A stretch of DNA of 64,000 bases from assembly GCA_003344405.1 (NCBI GenBank), contig NOWV01000109.1, positions 124,001 to 188,000 of the forward strand. Direction: 5' to 3'. Numbering within the stretch: position 1 is the stretch's first letter; each line of letters opens with the position of its first letter. Below, one piece after another: positions 38,201-50,138 of this stretch. The translations under genes and the position numbers were made by a program. A model generated the notes under the pieces. The model ran no database searches. It was not told where the DNA came from and was given only the letters and a program-made list of their open reading frames with translations. The DNA is from Trichoplax sp. H2 (taxonomy: Eukaryota).

Positions 38201-40013
38201 ACTTTGTTTTGAAGGTAATGCTGTGTAATGAAGACTACATTCATTAATGCGTACTCTCCTTAACCGATATTATGATACTACTGCGTTTACTATTTTTATA
38301 GAATTATTGATAATAGTAACTTGCTCTGAACGCAAATTTATACATAATACTAATCGCACAGCTAAGATAAGGTAGTCAATCAAAATCACAATTACAGTGG
38401 AGGCTTGGCGAAAATAGATCGATTAAATATTATATTATATAGGGAATATATTAAAAGCCTGTGGATATTCGACTCAAGGGAATAATGTAATGTACAGTAC
38501 AATTGACGTTCAACTAATTCAAGCAAGACCATCAATGCTTTATTCCGACGCATTAATTAATCAGATGGAAACCATACGACCATTTCTATTTACTATATTG
38601 AATTTTGCAGACAGTAAGCCAATAAAATGAAGGAAAAAAAATGATGTTGTAATTTTTTGTATTTTCTAAAAGTATGATATCGTCGTACTACCGTACATTT
38701 GTAAAATAGAAATAGCAGTCAAATGCAACATGATCACTTGCCATTAACATGTTAATAATGTAAACAGGAGTTGCTAGTATTTAACGCAAGAAGCAATCCC
38801 AAACTACGTCTTCTACTACATTACATAGCATCTAAAATACGTGTACAATAATGGTTGTGCAGTTTTCGTATTGTATAAGCGCTCTAGTTATCAGTAGATT
38901 GATGTATCCATTTTTTATATGGATGTCGTGTACTGACCTGGCACTTTCAGTTTATCAGCAAGTAAACTACCAAATTCTTTAGCACATTGAACGCATACAT
39001 CCATGGATACATTTTGAACAGGAACAAATGGGCATACGTCAAGTGAGCCTAAACGGGGATGTTCTCCTTTAAAATAGAAATAATCGATCATAAGCCCATC
39101 TTTAGTATTGCTTTACATGATGTGATTGCAATCTGTGTGCATCAAGCACTCCATTATTAACATCGACTACTATTATAATCTTTTTACATGATACATATTT
39201 AATTAATAGATTATCCTCCAGCAGTGACAACAAACACGGGTGAGATAGAATATTCGCCATCGTCTGTAAGGCCTTTCTACTTGTTCTTATACTCTATTCG
39301 TAATCCTATTTATTATGGTATTCAACGGTAGCCTATCCTAAAAAATACTATTATGATTCTTGGCGCAGCCTATCTACAGTGCTGTAGTACTATTCATTAA
39401 CATTGTCGTCTCTGTTAACTTCTTGCTTGGTTGTACAAATAGACAGCCAATGCAGTTAGCCAAAATCATACTGTCCAATCATCACTGATGCTAACTCGTC
39501 GATAGCGTATCTTGTAACGTTTTTTCACCATTGCATCTAGTCTTTCCTCCATCTGCCCATCCAGATCGACTAGAAAACTCATCAACACTGATGCAAACGG
39601 CACTTCGGATCATATCGGATATACAGCACAAATACGTTTCTAAACGATATGATCCGGCACTTTAAAATGGATGCCAATCACTGTCCTTAGCCACAAAGAT
39701 GGCTAATGATTATTCCATGTACGCTAGAGGCAGTGAATCAATCCAGCAAAGATATCCATTCTGTACCTTTATGATGTTTCATATCGATTAATGAGAAAGC
39801 TTGCAAGGCTGCATTAAAGGCACCCTGGACAACATTGCTTGGAGATCCAACAAAAGTGTAAACAGTCCGATTGGTACTTGTAGAGCAATCGATATCCAAC
39901 AACGAGCAGCCATCCGTACTTGAAATAGCTTTGGCTATAGCATCGATAACGGATTTATCAGTTCCTTCGGAGAAATTGGGTACACATTCAATGATGGCTG
40001 TCTCTGCAGACAT
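35219..40013 (-). CDS. FTCD: Formimidoyltransferase-cyclodeaminase paralog A (canonical, 13 exons)
   Basis: Exon 1 40013-39767 [17 protein letters not shown]...[11 protein letters not shown]; exon 2 39066-38938 [52 protein letters not shown] (second Asp at 36110-36112); [20 protein letters not shown]; ends FSVDSGS-TAA (35219-35221). Intron positions are the same as in paralog B. Confidence 0.95.
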
Positions 40014-40540
40014 GGTGATTGAGAAAGGTAAAAAGAGCAATCTTGCCTACCAGCAAGAAGATTGGTCAAAGCGGATCTGCTGATGTTATTGATAGTGAAA
40101 TGAGCACGGATTGTTATTATTTTTATGATGATTTGAAATGGCTATCTAGGGTGCCATGTAGTAGTGAATATTCTATACGATACTCTTATGATTGCATTAC
40201 GTAATGTAAAGACAAGTCACGACGAGAGGAAAAAAACATGGCATGATGTCGTGGCACTATGCTGACATTATTTTTGCTTGCAATTTGTAGTCTCTACTTA
40301 GTATGATGAAAAATGAACCATAGAGTAGACTACTCGCCTAACAGTGTAACAAGGACTGCTTAGACAACGGCTTCATCGTGTGTAAAATAGATGTCATGCT
40401 TAGCCATTTTCTCTTGTAATGTCCATCTGTCTGTGTCTGAAGAAGAAATCAAAACAACGTTCCGATTAATTCCGATCGGGCAAAAGCTCCAAATTAATGA
40501 CTGTAAATGAATAAGAATATCAATATGATTTGATAAATAG

Positions 40541-42420
40541 GGCATGATTTAAGGATGGTGTGTCATCAGTTTCCTTAGTAATTATGCTAGATTTACTAAA
40601 TTCGTAAGCACTGTCTAGCAGCACCAGAATCTTATAAGATATCGACCTGGATCTTTAACGCGTCTTATTCTGCATACTAATGTATGTGTCAAATAGCGAA
40701 ATTATTAGGATTAATGAAAATGCGCTTGTAGTAATTATTATTTGAGAAAACTTGTTGGCATGATTTAAATTAAGCAAGGTGGATCCTCAGTTTCCTTTAT
40801 TAATGATGCTAGATTCGTTCAATTCGTAAGCGCTGCCCAGTACTAGAATCTTATCAGACATCTAGATGGATGTTAACACAGCGAAATAATAATTATTAAT
40901 CCATTCTATTTATACGGCAATGACTTAAAATAGCGGCTGTAGTAATTATTGTTTGAGAAAACTGGATGGCATGATTGAAGGACGGTAGATCATCAGTTTT
41001 CCTTATTCATTGCTACATTCGCTAAATTCGTAAGCACTGCCACGAATAATCTTTTTAGACATCGATCTGGATCTTCAAGAGCGCTATTCTACACACTATA
41101 AAACTGCTAAATAAATTAGAATAGCCGCTGTTAGTATTTATTATTTGACAAAACGTGACGGCACGATTTAGGGACGGTGTATGGTCAGTTTTCCTTATTA
41201 ATTATACTAGATTCGTTAAATTGCTAACCGCTGCCCATCACTATAATATTATTGGACATCTATCTCAATCTTCATACCGTCAAATAACTATATATAATTG
41301 CTTAAAATAGCGGCGGTGGTAATTATTATTTGAAAAAAAAATTTGATGGCATGATTGAAGGACGGTGGTTCATCAATTTTCCTTATGAATTACGCTACAT
41401 TCGCTAAGTTCATAAGCACTATCCAGCACTATAATCTTACTAGACATGTATTTGGATCTCTTTTTGTGTAATGTGTGTTACTCTACATGCTATGAAATAG
41501 CTACGTAATCATTTATTATAATTAAAATAGTCGCTGTAGTAATTATTATTTTGAGAAAGCTTATAGCATGATTGAAGGACAATGTATCATGAGTTTCCTT
41601 AATAATTATGCCAGCTTCGTCAAATTCGTATGCGCTGCTCGGCACTATATTTTTCGTTTACATCTATCTTGTTTTACTTAAGTAATATTGTATATATGTA
41701 AAACAGCTAAATAATAGTAATTGTAGTAATTATTACGTTGTTATTTGAGAAAACGGAAGACACCAATTAAGGACGGCATTTCATAATTATGCTAGCTTTA
41801 TTAAATTCAAATACGCCGTCCAGGACTATATTCTTACTTGACCCTATCTTGTCCTACTTGTGTATTATTCTACATATAATAAAACAGTTAATAATAGCAG
41901 CTGTAGTAATTTTTATTTATTTATTATTTTGAGAATACCCATGACAGGATTTAAGGAGAAAGTATCATCAGTTTCAGTAATAATTATGCCAGTTCTGTTC
42001 AATTTATATACACTTCTCAGTACTAGAACCTTATTAGACATCTACCTAAATCTTTATATGTTTTATTCTACTATACATACTATGCAATGGTTAAATAACG
42101 CAATCCATTGCAACGGTAGTAATTATCATTTATTAGAAAGCTTATGGCATGACTCTAGGTAGTCTATCTTGAGTTTTCTTCAATAACTATGCTAGCTTCA
42201 TCAAATTTACATACATTACTCAGCACTGTATTCTTGTTAGGTATCCACCTTGTTCTACTTGTGTTTTATTCTACTTACTATAAAATATAAAATAATAGCA
42301 GCCGTATTCATTCTTATTTGAGAAAGCTTATGTGTAATTCTTGCAGCCAATTGCGGTAGTTATATATTCATAATTATGCAAACTTTGTTAAATCCGCATA
42401 CGCCGCTCAATGTTACCATG
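40541..42420. repeat. Degenerate tandem array of ~10 units of ~180-220 bp upstream of FTCD-A
   Basis: Units begin 'ggcatgatt.aagga.ggt...tcatcagtttcctt...aattatgctag.ttc...aaattcgtaagc.ctg' and end 'gctgtagtaattattatttgagaaa'. Starts at ~40541, 40758, 40968, 41161, 41348, 41566, 41760, 41940, 42146 and ~42330. Confidence 0.9.
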
Positions 42421-43444
42421 CGTATATTCCTATGCGATTTCTACCCTGTGCTTGTATATTATTCTAGGCAAAATTCAGTGACTTGATGTCATCAATCCCA
42501 ATGAGTATTTCATGAATTAATCAATATTTGCATAAATGTGTCGTGTGACGATACATCTTGCAGGAAATCAAGATGAGTGAGTACCTTTCTAACATTGACA
42601 GTTTTAGCTGGTCACCAATAGTGCTATTGAATATTACGTAGCTCAAACCAGTCAATTTAATCTTTGAACCCTTTACACCTTAGCTGTAACAGATAAAGCA
42701 CACAAGTGGTGATGATATTCTAGTGCGCAAGCTATGGTATACATGTGCATATATTTTACAGTCAGCCTACAGTAAATGATTTTTCGTCAATTTTAATAAT
42801 ACATTGCTGTTTAATTCTTGTATGCTCTGTCATGGATTACTACAACTATCTGCTAGTCCATGGCTTTGTACATTAATTAATCATAGATACAGATATATTT
42901 ATTGGTCCCATGCAGTTGTAGACATAATAGTTTCAGTGTACATGTAAATGGTCCGCTTATAAAGTTATTTATTAGTTCACTTTAAGTTTTATTACCAAGC
43001 TAGCTAAATGTTAGAGGCGTATACTTGCATAAAAATATAACAATGAAGAAAGGTATAATATTTGGTGAAAAAGTGTCCTCTATTCACTAGAAAACACGTC
43101 AGGTCGAAAAGAAAATATAGCCAATGATAATGACCAATACTGTATCTACCAGCTACTCGCAAACAATTCAGTTCAGGCATCCATTCGACATTGATAACAG
43201 TAAATCATTATACATACAATTCCTTCATCGACTGAAATACAACTTTTTACAATTTACAGAGTTAATGATTGTACTTACGTACATCTCGAACCTAAAGTGA
43301 CTAGTTAGTTGATTGAAATGATTTCCTTACATGTAACATTATGTACCACCGATGGACAGTACAGTACACTAAAGATCTTAGCATACGTACAATTCATCTT
43401 AGGCGATACTAAAGTAACGATATTAGTAATCAACTTCAAGCCTC

Positions 43445-45050
43445 TCAGACTTTATACTGCGGAGGGGCACTAGTAGGGTAAGGATATTTTGGAGATACAG
43501 CACCATATCCAGTGGTGGTGGTGGTGGTCGTAATAGTAGGCCTCGTCTCGTTAACAATAGCGTACTGAGCTGTCGCAAGTCTTCGGCGACGAATACACAA
43601 TCCAAGAAGCGTTAAAAAGGTAAAGAATAGACCTAAGAGAAACCTGGAATAATATTGAATCAACTATTATTTCTTCACCTAGTAAATAACATCAGTATAT
43701 TACAAGAGGAATAACTGTAGCGAAGCAAATTCGCTTTTTGTCCATCAGAATAGTACACTTAAGATTAAACTTGAGCGTCAACGGTAATGTAAAGTTGAAG
43801 AACTATGTACGAAATAAAGGCTTTATCGGTATTTCTTGGTAACAACTGTTACTGCATCGCATCAACTTGATGCCAAAGATTATGAAATACCCGAAATCAA
43901 GGATAAGCTCATTATCGTAGTATAGTAAATAGAAGGAAATACAAAGCTGACGATAATACTTGACATTAATACTGACAAAAATAGAGTAGTTAGAATTCAC
44001 CAGCATGACAAAATGTGGGTAGATGAGTTGTAAGTAAATAGTCATTTATGATATTATTCGAAAGTGTAAAATGATGATTTCTATGCATACAACATATTGA
44101 TGAAATCTTGACAGCTACTCACTGGAAATACTCTGCTATACCGAACTGTGGTGATTAAAAGGTGGATGATACCTATTATTGGTATCCTTTAGCAGAACAA
44201 CTACTTACCAGAAGTACCAAACATGCCAGACAAAAGTACAGCAACCATACCCACAACAATATTGATAATTCAAGCAGTAATGGGACGCACTCCCATAGTA
44301 ACTGTAAAAGGAAATCAATACGTCATTAGAATGACATGACATGGTTGAAATAAATCCCTTTTCACTCGAATTGGACACCATTTTGCAATCAATGCCAAGT
44401 CGAGCTTCTTAATATGAGATTTTGACTATTTGATGAATTCTACTGTATGCTCTACTTCTAATCCATCATCATTTGTACAGATTTCTTACCATTTACGGGT
44501 AGCATTTGCCTGAAGATTTGGCATCCGTTCAGCAACATAACAAGGAGAATGAAAAAAATAGGAAAAAAATGAACGAAATGAATTGCCTAGCCCATGAATA
44601 TTATGTCCGTAATACAAGTACTTGTCAAAAACTCAAGCATCAAGTTAAATGCGACCAATCAGTTACGATCCATCCTGGAGTTTTACTGCTAGCATCATGA
44701 AGATATCCTTTTCATTTTGAATATTATCAGTTCTCTTTCTATACTATTCGTAGACGTATTCTAATATTAGTCTAGTGAGCAAATTGGCAAGCATTCAACT
44801 CCTTTCTATGGACCATCAAGACGATTGGTGTGAAATCGTAGACAAACATTTTACTGATCATCATGACTGTACTGTATTGACGATGCTATCGTTCAAGCTG
44901 CTTGCAAGTTTACAAATAGACAAAGGACAAATTAACATCCATTTTCAATCTCTACAATAGATCGTGATAGCCATATAAGTCAATTACCGTGTGAAAATGA
45001 ATGCTGATCATCATTAATGTAGCAAAAAAGAGCGTTTTGGAAATAGCCAT
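43445..45050 (-). CDS. Small single-pass membrane protein, WBP1/VOPP1/TMEM92 (Shisa-like six-cysteine) family, with PPxY motif; paralog 1
   Basis: Exons 45050-44988 (signal peptide MAISKTLFFATLMMISIHFHT), 44509-44490 (ANATRK), 44301-44209 (C-YYGSASHYCLNYQYCCGYGCCTFVWHVWYF-W), 43643-43445 (FLLGLFFTFLTLLGLCIRRRR...SAPPQYKV-TGA). All phases are consistent. Confidence 0.85.
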
Positions 45051-46402
45051 GGCTGATTTTGTGAGTGTCCTATCCTTGTTATGGTGCGTTCATAGAGCTG
45101 AGTTGGCTCCAACTTCTTCCTCTACTGTATGCGACAGTACGCCCGCTTGCCAGTCCTTTTAATCACTTCCGCCGACAGACAGACTGACGGGCCGAGTTCT
45201 GGATAGGCCAAGATTCCCTTGAACTCTACAGTACCCCTGTCTAGAGTCTACAGTACTGTAGAGTAGACTACTGTAGCATATACCGTACAGTATGTTTTAT
45301 GTAGTGTATGGCTCATTGTTGATGACAAGATTCCCTTGAACTCTACAGTACCCCTGTCTAAAGTCTAGAGTAGACTACTGTAGCATATACCGTATGTTTT
45401 ATGTAGTGTATGGCTCAGTGTTGATGACTGTAATGGTATCCAGGGATTTTCGACAAGTCCCGTTGTACTGTATTCCATAGCCGAAATTGAACAGCAAGAA
45501 AGTACTTTTTCCTCGCTTTCTTTGGACTGTATTCAATCCACTTCCAGCATTGATAGTGGTATATGTTATACTGTCGACTGTGCTGTACAGTTCTACAGTA
45601 TCCAGTACTACAGTCAAGAAAAATATTGAAAATGCCATTGCGTCATCGCCACAATGCCATGTTACNNNNNNNNNNNNNNNNNNNNTGAAAATGAATGCTG
45701 ATCATCATTAATGTAGCAAGAAAGAGCGTTTTGGAAATAGCCATGGCTGATTTTGTGAGTGTCCTATCCTTGTTATGGTGCGTTTATAGAGCTGAGTTGG
45801 CTCCAACTTCTTCCTCTACTGTATGCGACAGTACGCCCGCTTGCCAGTCGTTTTAATCACTTTCGTCGACAGACAGACGGATAGACCGAGTTCTGGATAG
45901 GCCAAGATTTCCTTGAACTCTACCCCTGTCTAGAGTCTAGAGTAGACTACTGTAGCATATACCGTATGTTTTATGTAGTGACTTTACGTACTAATATTAG
46001 TAACTTTAACACCCTTTATGTCGATTTGAATTACATATTTAAATAAAGCATCTTATTTGCAATAGACTGATACCAAATTTGTCTAATTTGGTGTTGAAAT
46101 TGTGTTTTTATATAACTTCAATCATCGTCAATTTTTTATGAGACACCCTGTATGGCTCAGTGTTGATGACTGTAATGGTATCCAGGGATTTTCGACAAGT
46201 CCCGTTGTATTCCATAGCCGAAATTGAACAGCAAGAAAGTACTTTTTCCTCGCTTCCTTTGGACTGTATTCAATCCACTTCCAGCATTGATAGTGGTATA
46301 TGTTATACTGTCGACTGTGCTGTACAGTTCTACAGTATCCAGTACTACAGTCAAGAAAAATATTGAAAATGCCATTGCGTCATCGCCACAATGCCATGTT
46401 AC
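44992..46402. other. Gap-flanking direct duplication (44992-45665 vs 45686-46402), probably two uncollapsed haplotypes across the N-gap 45666-45685
   Basis: Sequence right of the gap restarts at 'tgaaaatgaatgctgatc' (=44992) and runs to 'gccatgttac' (=45665), with SNPs and indels. It includes a second copy of most of the paralog-1 signal exon. Confidence 0.85.
45981..46150 (-). mobile_element. 170 bp insertion present in only one duplicate copy; one end resembles a Tc1/mariner-type terminus
   Basis: Absent from 'ttttatgtagtgtatggctcagtg' in copy 1. On the minus strand its end reads TA|CAGGGTGTCTCATAAAAAATTG. No matching second TIR is seen. Confidence 0.45.
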
Positions 46403-47099
46403 CAAAACAAAATCCTCCAGTCTATAATAATAGAGTAGAATATACAGTACAGTTATATTGTCCATCATACAGGTCGCTTACCGCTATGTTGTACTGTTCA
46501 GTATACGCATTTTTGGACTACGCCAAATGAACTTCAATCCTCCATACCGTAAAATAAAATCAAGTTCATTTGGCCCGCAAAATGCCAGTCGAAAAGCCTT
46601 TCTAGCTTCCATTGGTGGCTACAACTTGGATATATTTCTTTCTTTTTTGCAGCCATTTCGGACTGTACAGTGTACAGTACGGTAAGCCTGTAGAATACAG
46701 TACATTGTACCCACAACAGGCATACCGAAAATAGTGCCCCCACGCTATAGTGTCGCATGCACCAATCACGGACTACTCGATTGACAGAGATCACTGGAAG
46801 TCACGTTACTGTATGACTGTGTCCTGTACAGTGTACTGTACAGTGGGTGATGGATGAGAAACACGTGACTAGCAACTGGTTGTTTCAAAAGCCGCGTATT
46901 GTACTCAGTTATCCGGTACTGTACCCTGTCTTCAATAGGTCGTGACGGTACTGTACGGTAGGTACTGGTTCAAGGGATGACGACGTGGGTCGGACTGTCA
47001 CGTTGTCCGTGCATGCTTTTGTTTTGATCCAATGTTGTCGATAACGTCACTTCGGCTGAATCATTTCCAGCGTCACCCTACTTATCGTTTGACGTGAAA

Positions 47100-49398
47100 A
47101 TGGCGTCCAAATTATTCATTGCTGCTCTTATCTGCCTGTTCAATGTCTATCAGGTTAGAACTAGATCCATCTTGGTCTCCATCTTGGTCTCCATCTTGAT
47201 TCCATCTTGATTTGAGACGGAGATAAACTAGTGTAGCCAGTTGTAATTGACACCATCAAGTCGTAGTAGACTTCTCAAGTATGTCCATGATGGAACACAA
47301 CCAGTTAGTTGACTGAACTGATCCAATCGATGACTAGATTGAAGATTCACAACAACGATAGCTTGCATGCACCAACCCAATGCATAAAATAACCACTTCA
47401 GGATAGACAATGTGTAATGGATGATGAGTTCATATCGCGATCGAACATGAAGTAGCTGCTGCAGCAGATCCAATTCCGAATACAGTATTTCTGAGTTGGT
47501 CTCAAATTTCATGCTTACAACAGACGCCTTGACAGTCATGTTAAACTCTACAGTACTGTACAGTACTATAGAGCAAAGTCGGTAGCTGCTGCAGATCCAA
47601 TTCCGAATACAGTATTTCTGAGTTGGTCTCAAATTTCATGCTTACAACAGACGCCTTGACAGTCATGTTAAACTCTACAGTACAGTACTATAGAGTAAAG
47701 TCGGTTTCCATAGCCACCGTTCGTCTTAAACTTAAATAAACTTATCGTGGGGAATATTTCAGTAGTCTATCACTTATCCTACTAGCATGTTATATCGATA
47801 CAGTATGAACTGGATGGAATAAACCTTGTAATGAACGTTATGATTGATCTTGTTTCCATAGTCACCCTTCGTCTTCAACTAAAATAAACTTAACACTGGG
47901 AATATTTTAGTACTCCATTGCTTATCCTACTAGAATGTTATATCGATACAGTGTGAACTGGATGGAATAAACCTTGTAATGAACGTTACGATTGATCTTG
48001 TTTCCATAGTCACCCTTCGTCTTCAACTAAAATAAACTTAACACAGGGAATATTTTAGTACTCATTGCTTATTCTACTAGAATGTTATATCGATACAGTA
48101 TGAACTGGATGGAATAAACCTTGTATTGAGCGTTATGATTGTTCTTGTCGTAATAAATAATGCTGTCGTATTTTCACTCAATTTTAGGTATCTGCTCAAA
48201 TGGATCCATGGTAAGAATGACTCCTGCAATTTGCTAATGAGCAGTTGGATGGGAAAATGAATACACTAAAATGTCCACTTCTCTGAAGTCATATATCGTA
48301 TTCCGTAGAAAACTTGACATGTTTAGTGTATTCATCTTTCCCAATTAGATTCATGATATTTGACTTATGTTAATTAGTCTAGTTTTCACATGACAGGCTG
48401 ACAGACAACGCTTGTAGTACTTATATCACTATCACTGTGTTCGACCTCAGTACTGTGTTAGTGCCCTACAACATGGCTGTAGTACTGTACATTTTAAATA
48501 ATTATATGTTAGAGCATGCATTACTATTAGTCTCCTCTAAAATGGCGGCAGTACTGTATACCTGAAATGATTGCATGTTACAGTATGTATTAGTGTCCTA
48601 GAAATTAAATGACCGCAGTAATGCACGTACCTTTGAAATGATTCGATGTTGAAACATGTATTAGTGTCCTACAAAATGATTGCAGTACTGTACATTTGAA
48701 ATGATTCGATGTTAGAGCATGGTAAGGATGTAACGATCTTTTCCAAAAATAATTCATATCAGTATCCCGTTAAAGAACGGGTGCGTTGAATACTAATACA
48801 GAATTCCTATTAGCATGCGTTGGCTACAACTTGTTGACAGTCGATTAATAAATAAAGCTATTGTGAGTGCTGATCGAACTTTTCATACCTACTATAGCCA
48901 ATGTTTGATGCAAGAATATTGCTGTGGTGGAACCAGCTGCTGCTTCGCCTTCTATAAAGTCTGGTATTTCTGGTAAGTTGTAAATTAATTAAACATCAAT
49001 GCTGGTCAGCCAATGGAGTCGGTGTATGTGAAGTGACCCCCTGATGTTATCCAATTAATTATTGAATACTTAAACATGGCAGATAGTTTCATTTTCCTTT
49101 ATCTTTCTGTGGCATAGTTTGATTTATCTATTAATTATGTGAAGCTAGCTCTTACTAATCCGTAAAGACTTCTTGCTGTTACAAATGAACGCTATTCTAT
49201 CCCTCTACTAGGGCTTCCATTGGTTTCCTCATACTCGCCTTTGCTGCTATGATTACTTGGTTGAGATATCGCCGTATGCAGTTGGAACGAACACATTACA
49301 TCATTCTCCAAGGAGAAGCTGCACCCGGTGTCATCGAAAAGTTAGGGCTTTCGTCCAACTCCAACACTCAATTTTGCCCACCACCATACAAATCTTAA
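47100..49398 (+). CDS. Small single-pass membrane protein, WBP1/VOPP1/TMEM92 (Shisa-like six-cysteine) family, with PPPY motif; paralog 2
   Basis: Exons 47100-47153 (MASKLFIAALICLFNVYQ), 48188-48210 (VSAQMDP), 48898-48972 (C-QCLMQEYCCGGTSCCFAFYKVWYF-W), 49212-49398 (ASIGFLILAFAAMITWLRYRR...FCPPPYKS-TAA). Same exon/phase layout as paralog 1. Missed by the ORF track. Confidence 0.87.
47167..48150. repeat. Cluster of young tandem repeats in intron 1 of paralog 2: 4 x 12 bp, 2 x ~130 bp, 3 x ~148 bp
   Basis: (ccatcttg[g/a]t[c/t]t)x4 at ~47168-47212; 'gtagctgctgcag...agatccaattccgaatacag...aaagtcg' at 47452 and 47582; 'gtttccatag.cacc.ttcgtctt...gaactggatggaataaaccttgta' at ~47704, 47852 and 48000. 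Confidence 0.9.
48250..48343. repeat. Short inverted repeat (~26 bp arms) in intron 2 of paralog 2
   Basis: Left gggaaaatgaatacactaaaatgtc (48251-48275); reverse complement of 48316-48342 is gggaaagatgaatacactaaacatgtc. Confidence 0.8.
48445..48722. repeat. Degenerate ~60-70 bp tandem repeat (4-5 copies) in intron 2 of paralog 2
   Basis: Recurring 'ttagtgtccta.aaaatg...gcagtactgtaca.ttgaaatgatt.gatgtt.gagcatg'. Confidence 0.75.
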
Positions 49399-50138
49399 GC
49401 AAAATACTGCATTTTTATACGCCATAGATTACAATGTCACTTGATGATGGACGACGTAAATGCGTGTATTACCGTATAGAATAGCAATTTTCTATGTTAA
49501 CTTCATTAATCTCAGGCTAGTTAACCATCGAAAACTTAGAAATTCGTATCTTGATGTATCGTCCAATGTAGGATATAGCGATGCTTTTGCAATATTTTGG
49601 TTGCACCAGCTACACATCTCGATCTGTACATGTCCTTTAGTGGTATCGACCTTCAACTAAAGTATGCATTGAGCATAAATTGTAGGCTATTATCTCAGCG
49701 AAAAGTACCACTAGTAGACTGGATTTTTATTTTCTCTGAATAGCTATTGGTTTAGTAATTCTAAACAAATGACTATTATTCATGGGATTCTCTATGAGTA
49801 ATAAATATAGACTATAGCCCTGTTGTAAAGCAATAAAGACTGTTTCAATGATCGGTAGAATGTTATTATTTTATTCTATTTAATTTGCTTTATGACCTGC
49901 TAGTAGTTAACTCTTGCGGAAGTTAACGTCTTAGGATTGTACGTGATTACAGATTCTACTACAGGAATTACAATATTAAAACTTTAAAATAATTTTTAAA
50001 GCACATGGAAATACACGGTACCTTATCATAACATTATTATGGTAAAATATAGTGAAAATGGAGGCTAAAGACAGTTTTCAGTATTCGGTGGACTAATTAC
50101 GTAGGAAATACAGTAGCATTAATAGTACTGCAATCCCG

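Noticed and set aside
40541-42420. CRISPR array interpretation of the ~200 bp repeat array
   Set aside because: Whole units are homologous and degenerate, there are no short invariant repeats with unique spacers, no cas genes, and the context is eukaryotic.
45399-46794. ORF-track proteins such as MAFSIFFLTVV..., MNSKKVLFPRF... and MISVNRVVRDW...
   Set aside because: They lie in the duplicated, motif-rich promoter interval, overlap on both strands, differ in frame between the two copies and resemble no family I know.
47228-47632. 134-aa minus-strand ORF
   Set aside because: It falls in intron 1 of the + strand gene and is largely a product of the ~130 bp tandem repeat.
47704-48013. X-box-like GTTTCCATAG(C/T)CAC in the 148 bp repeats
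   Set aside because: The second half-site lacks the AAC consensus and the copies are intronic repeat units.
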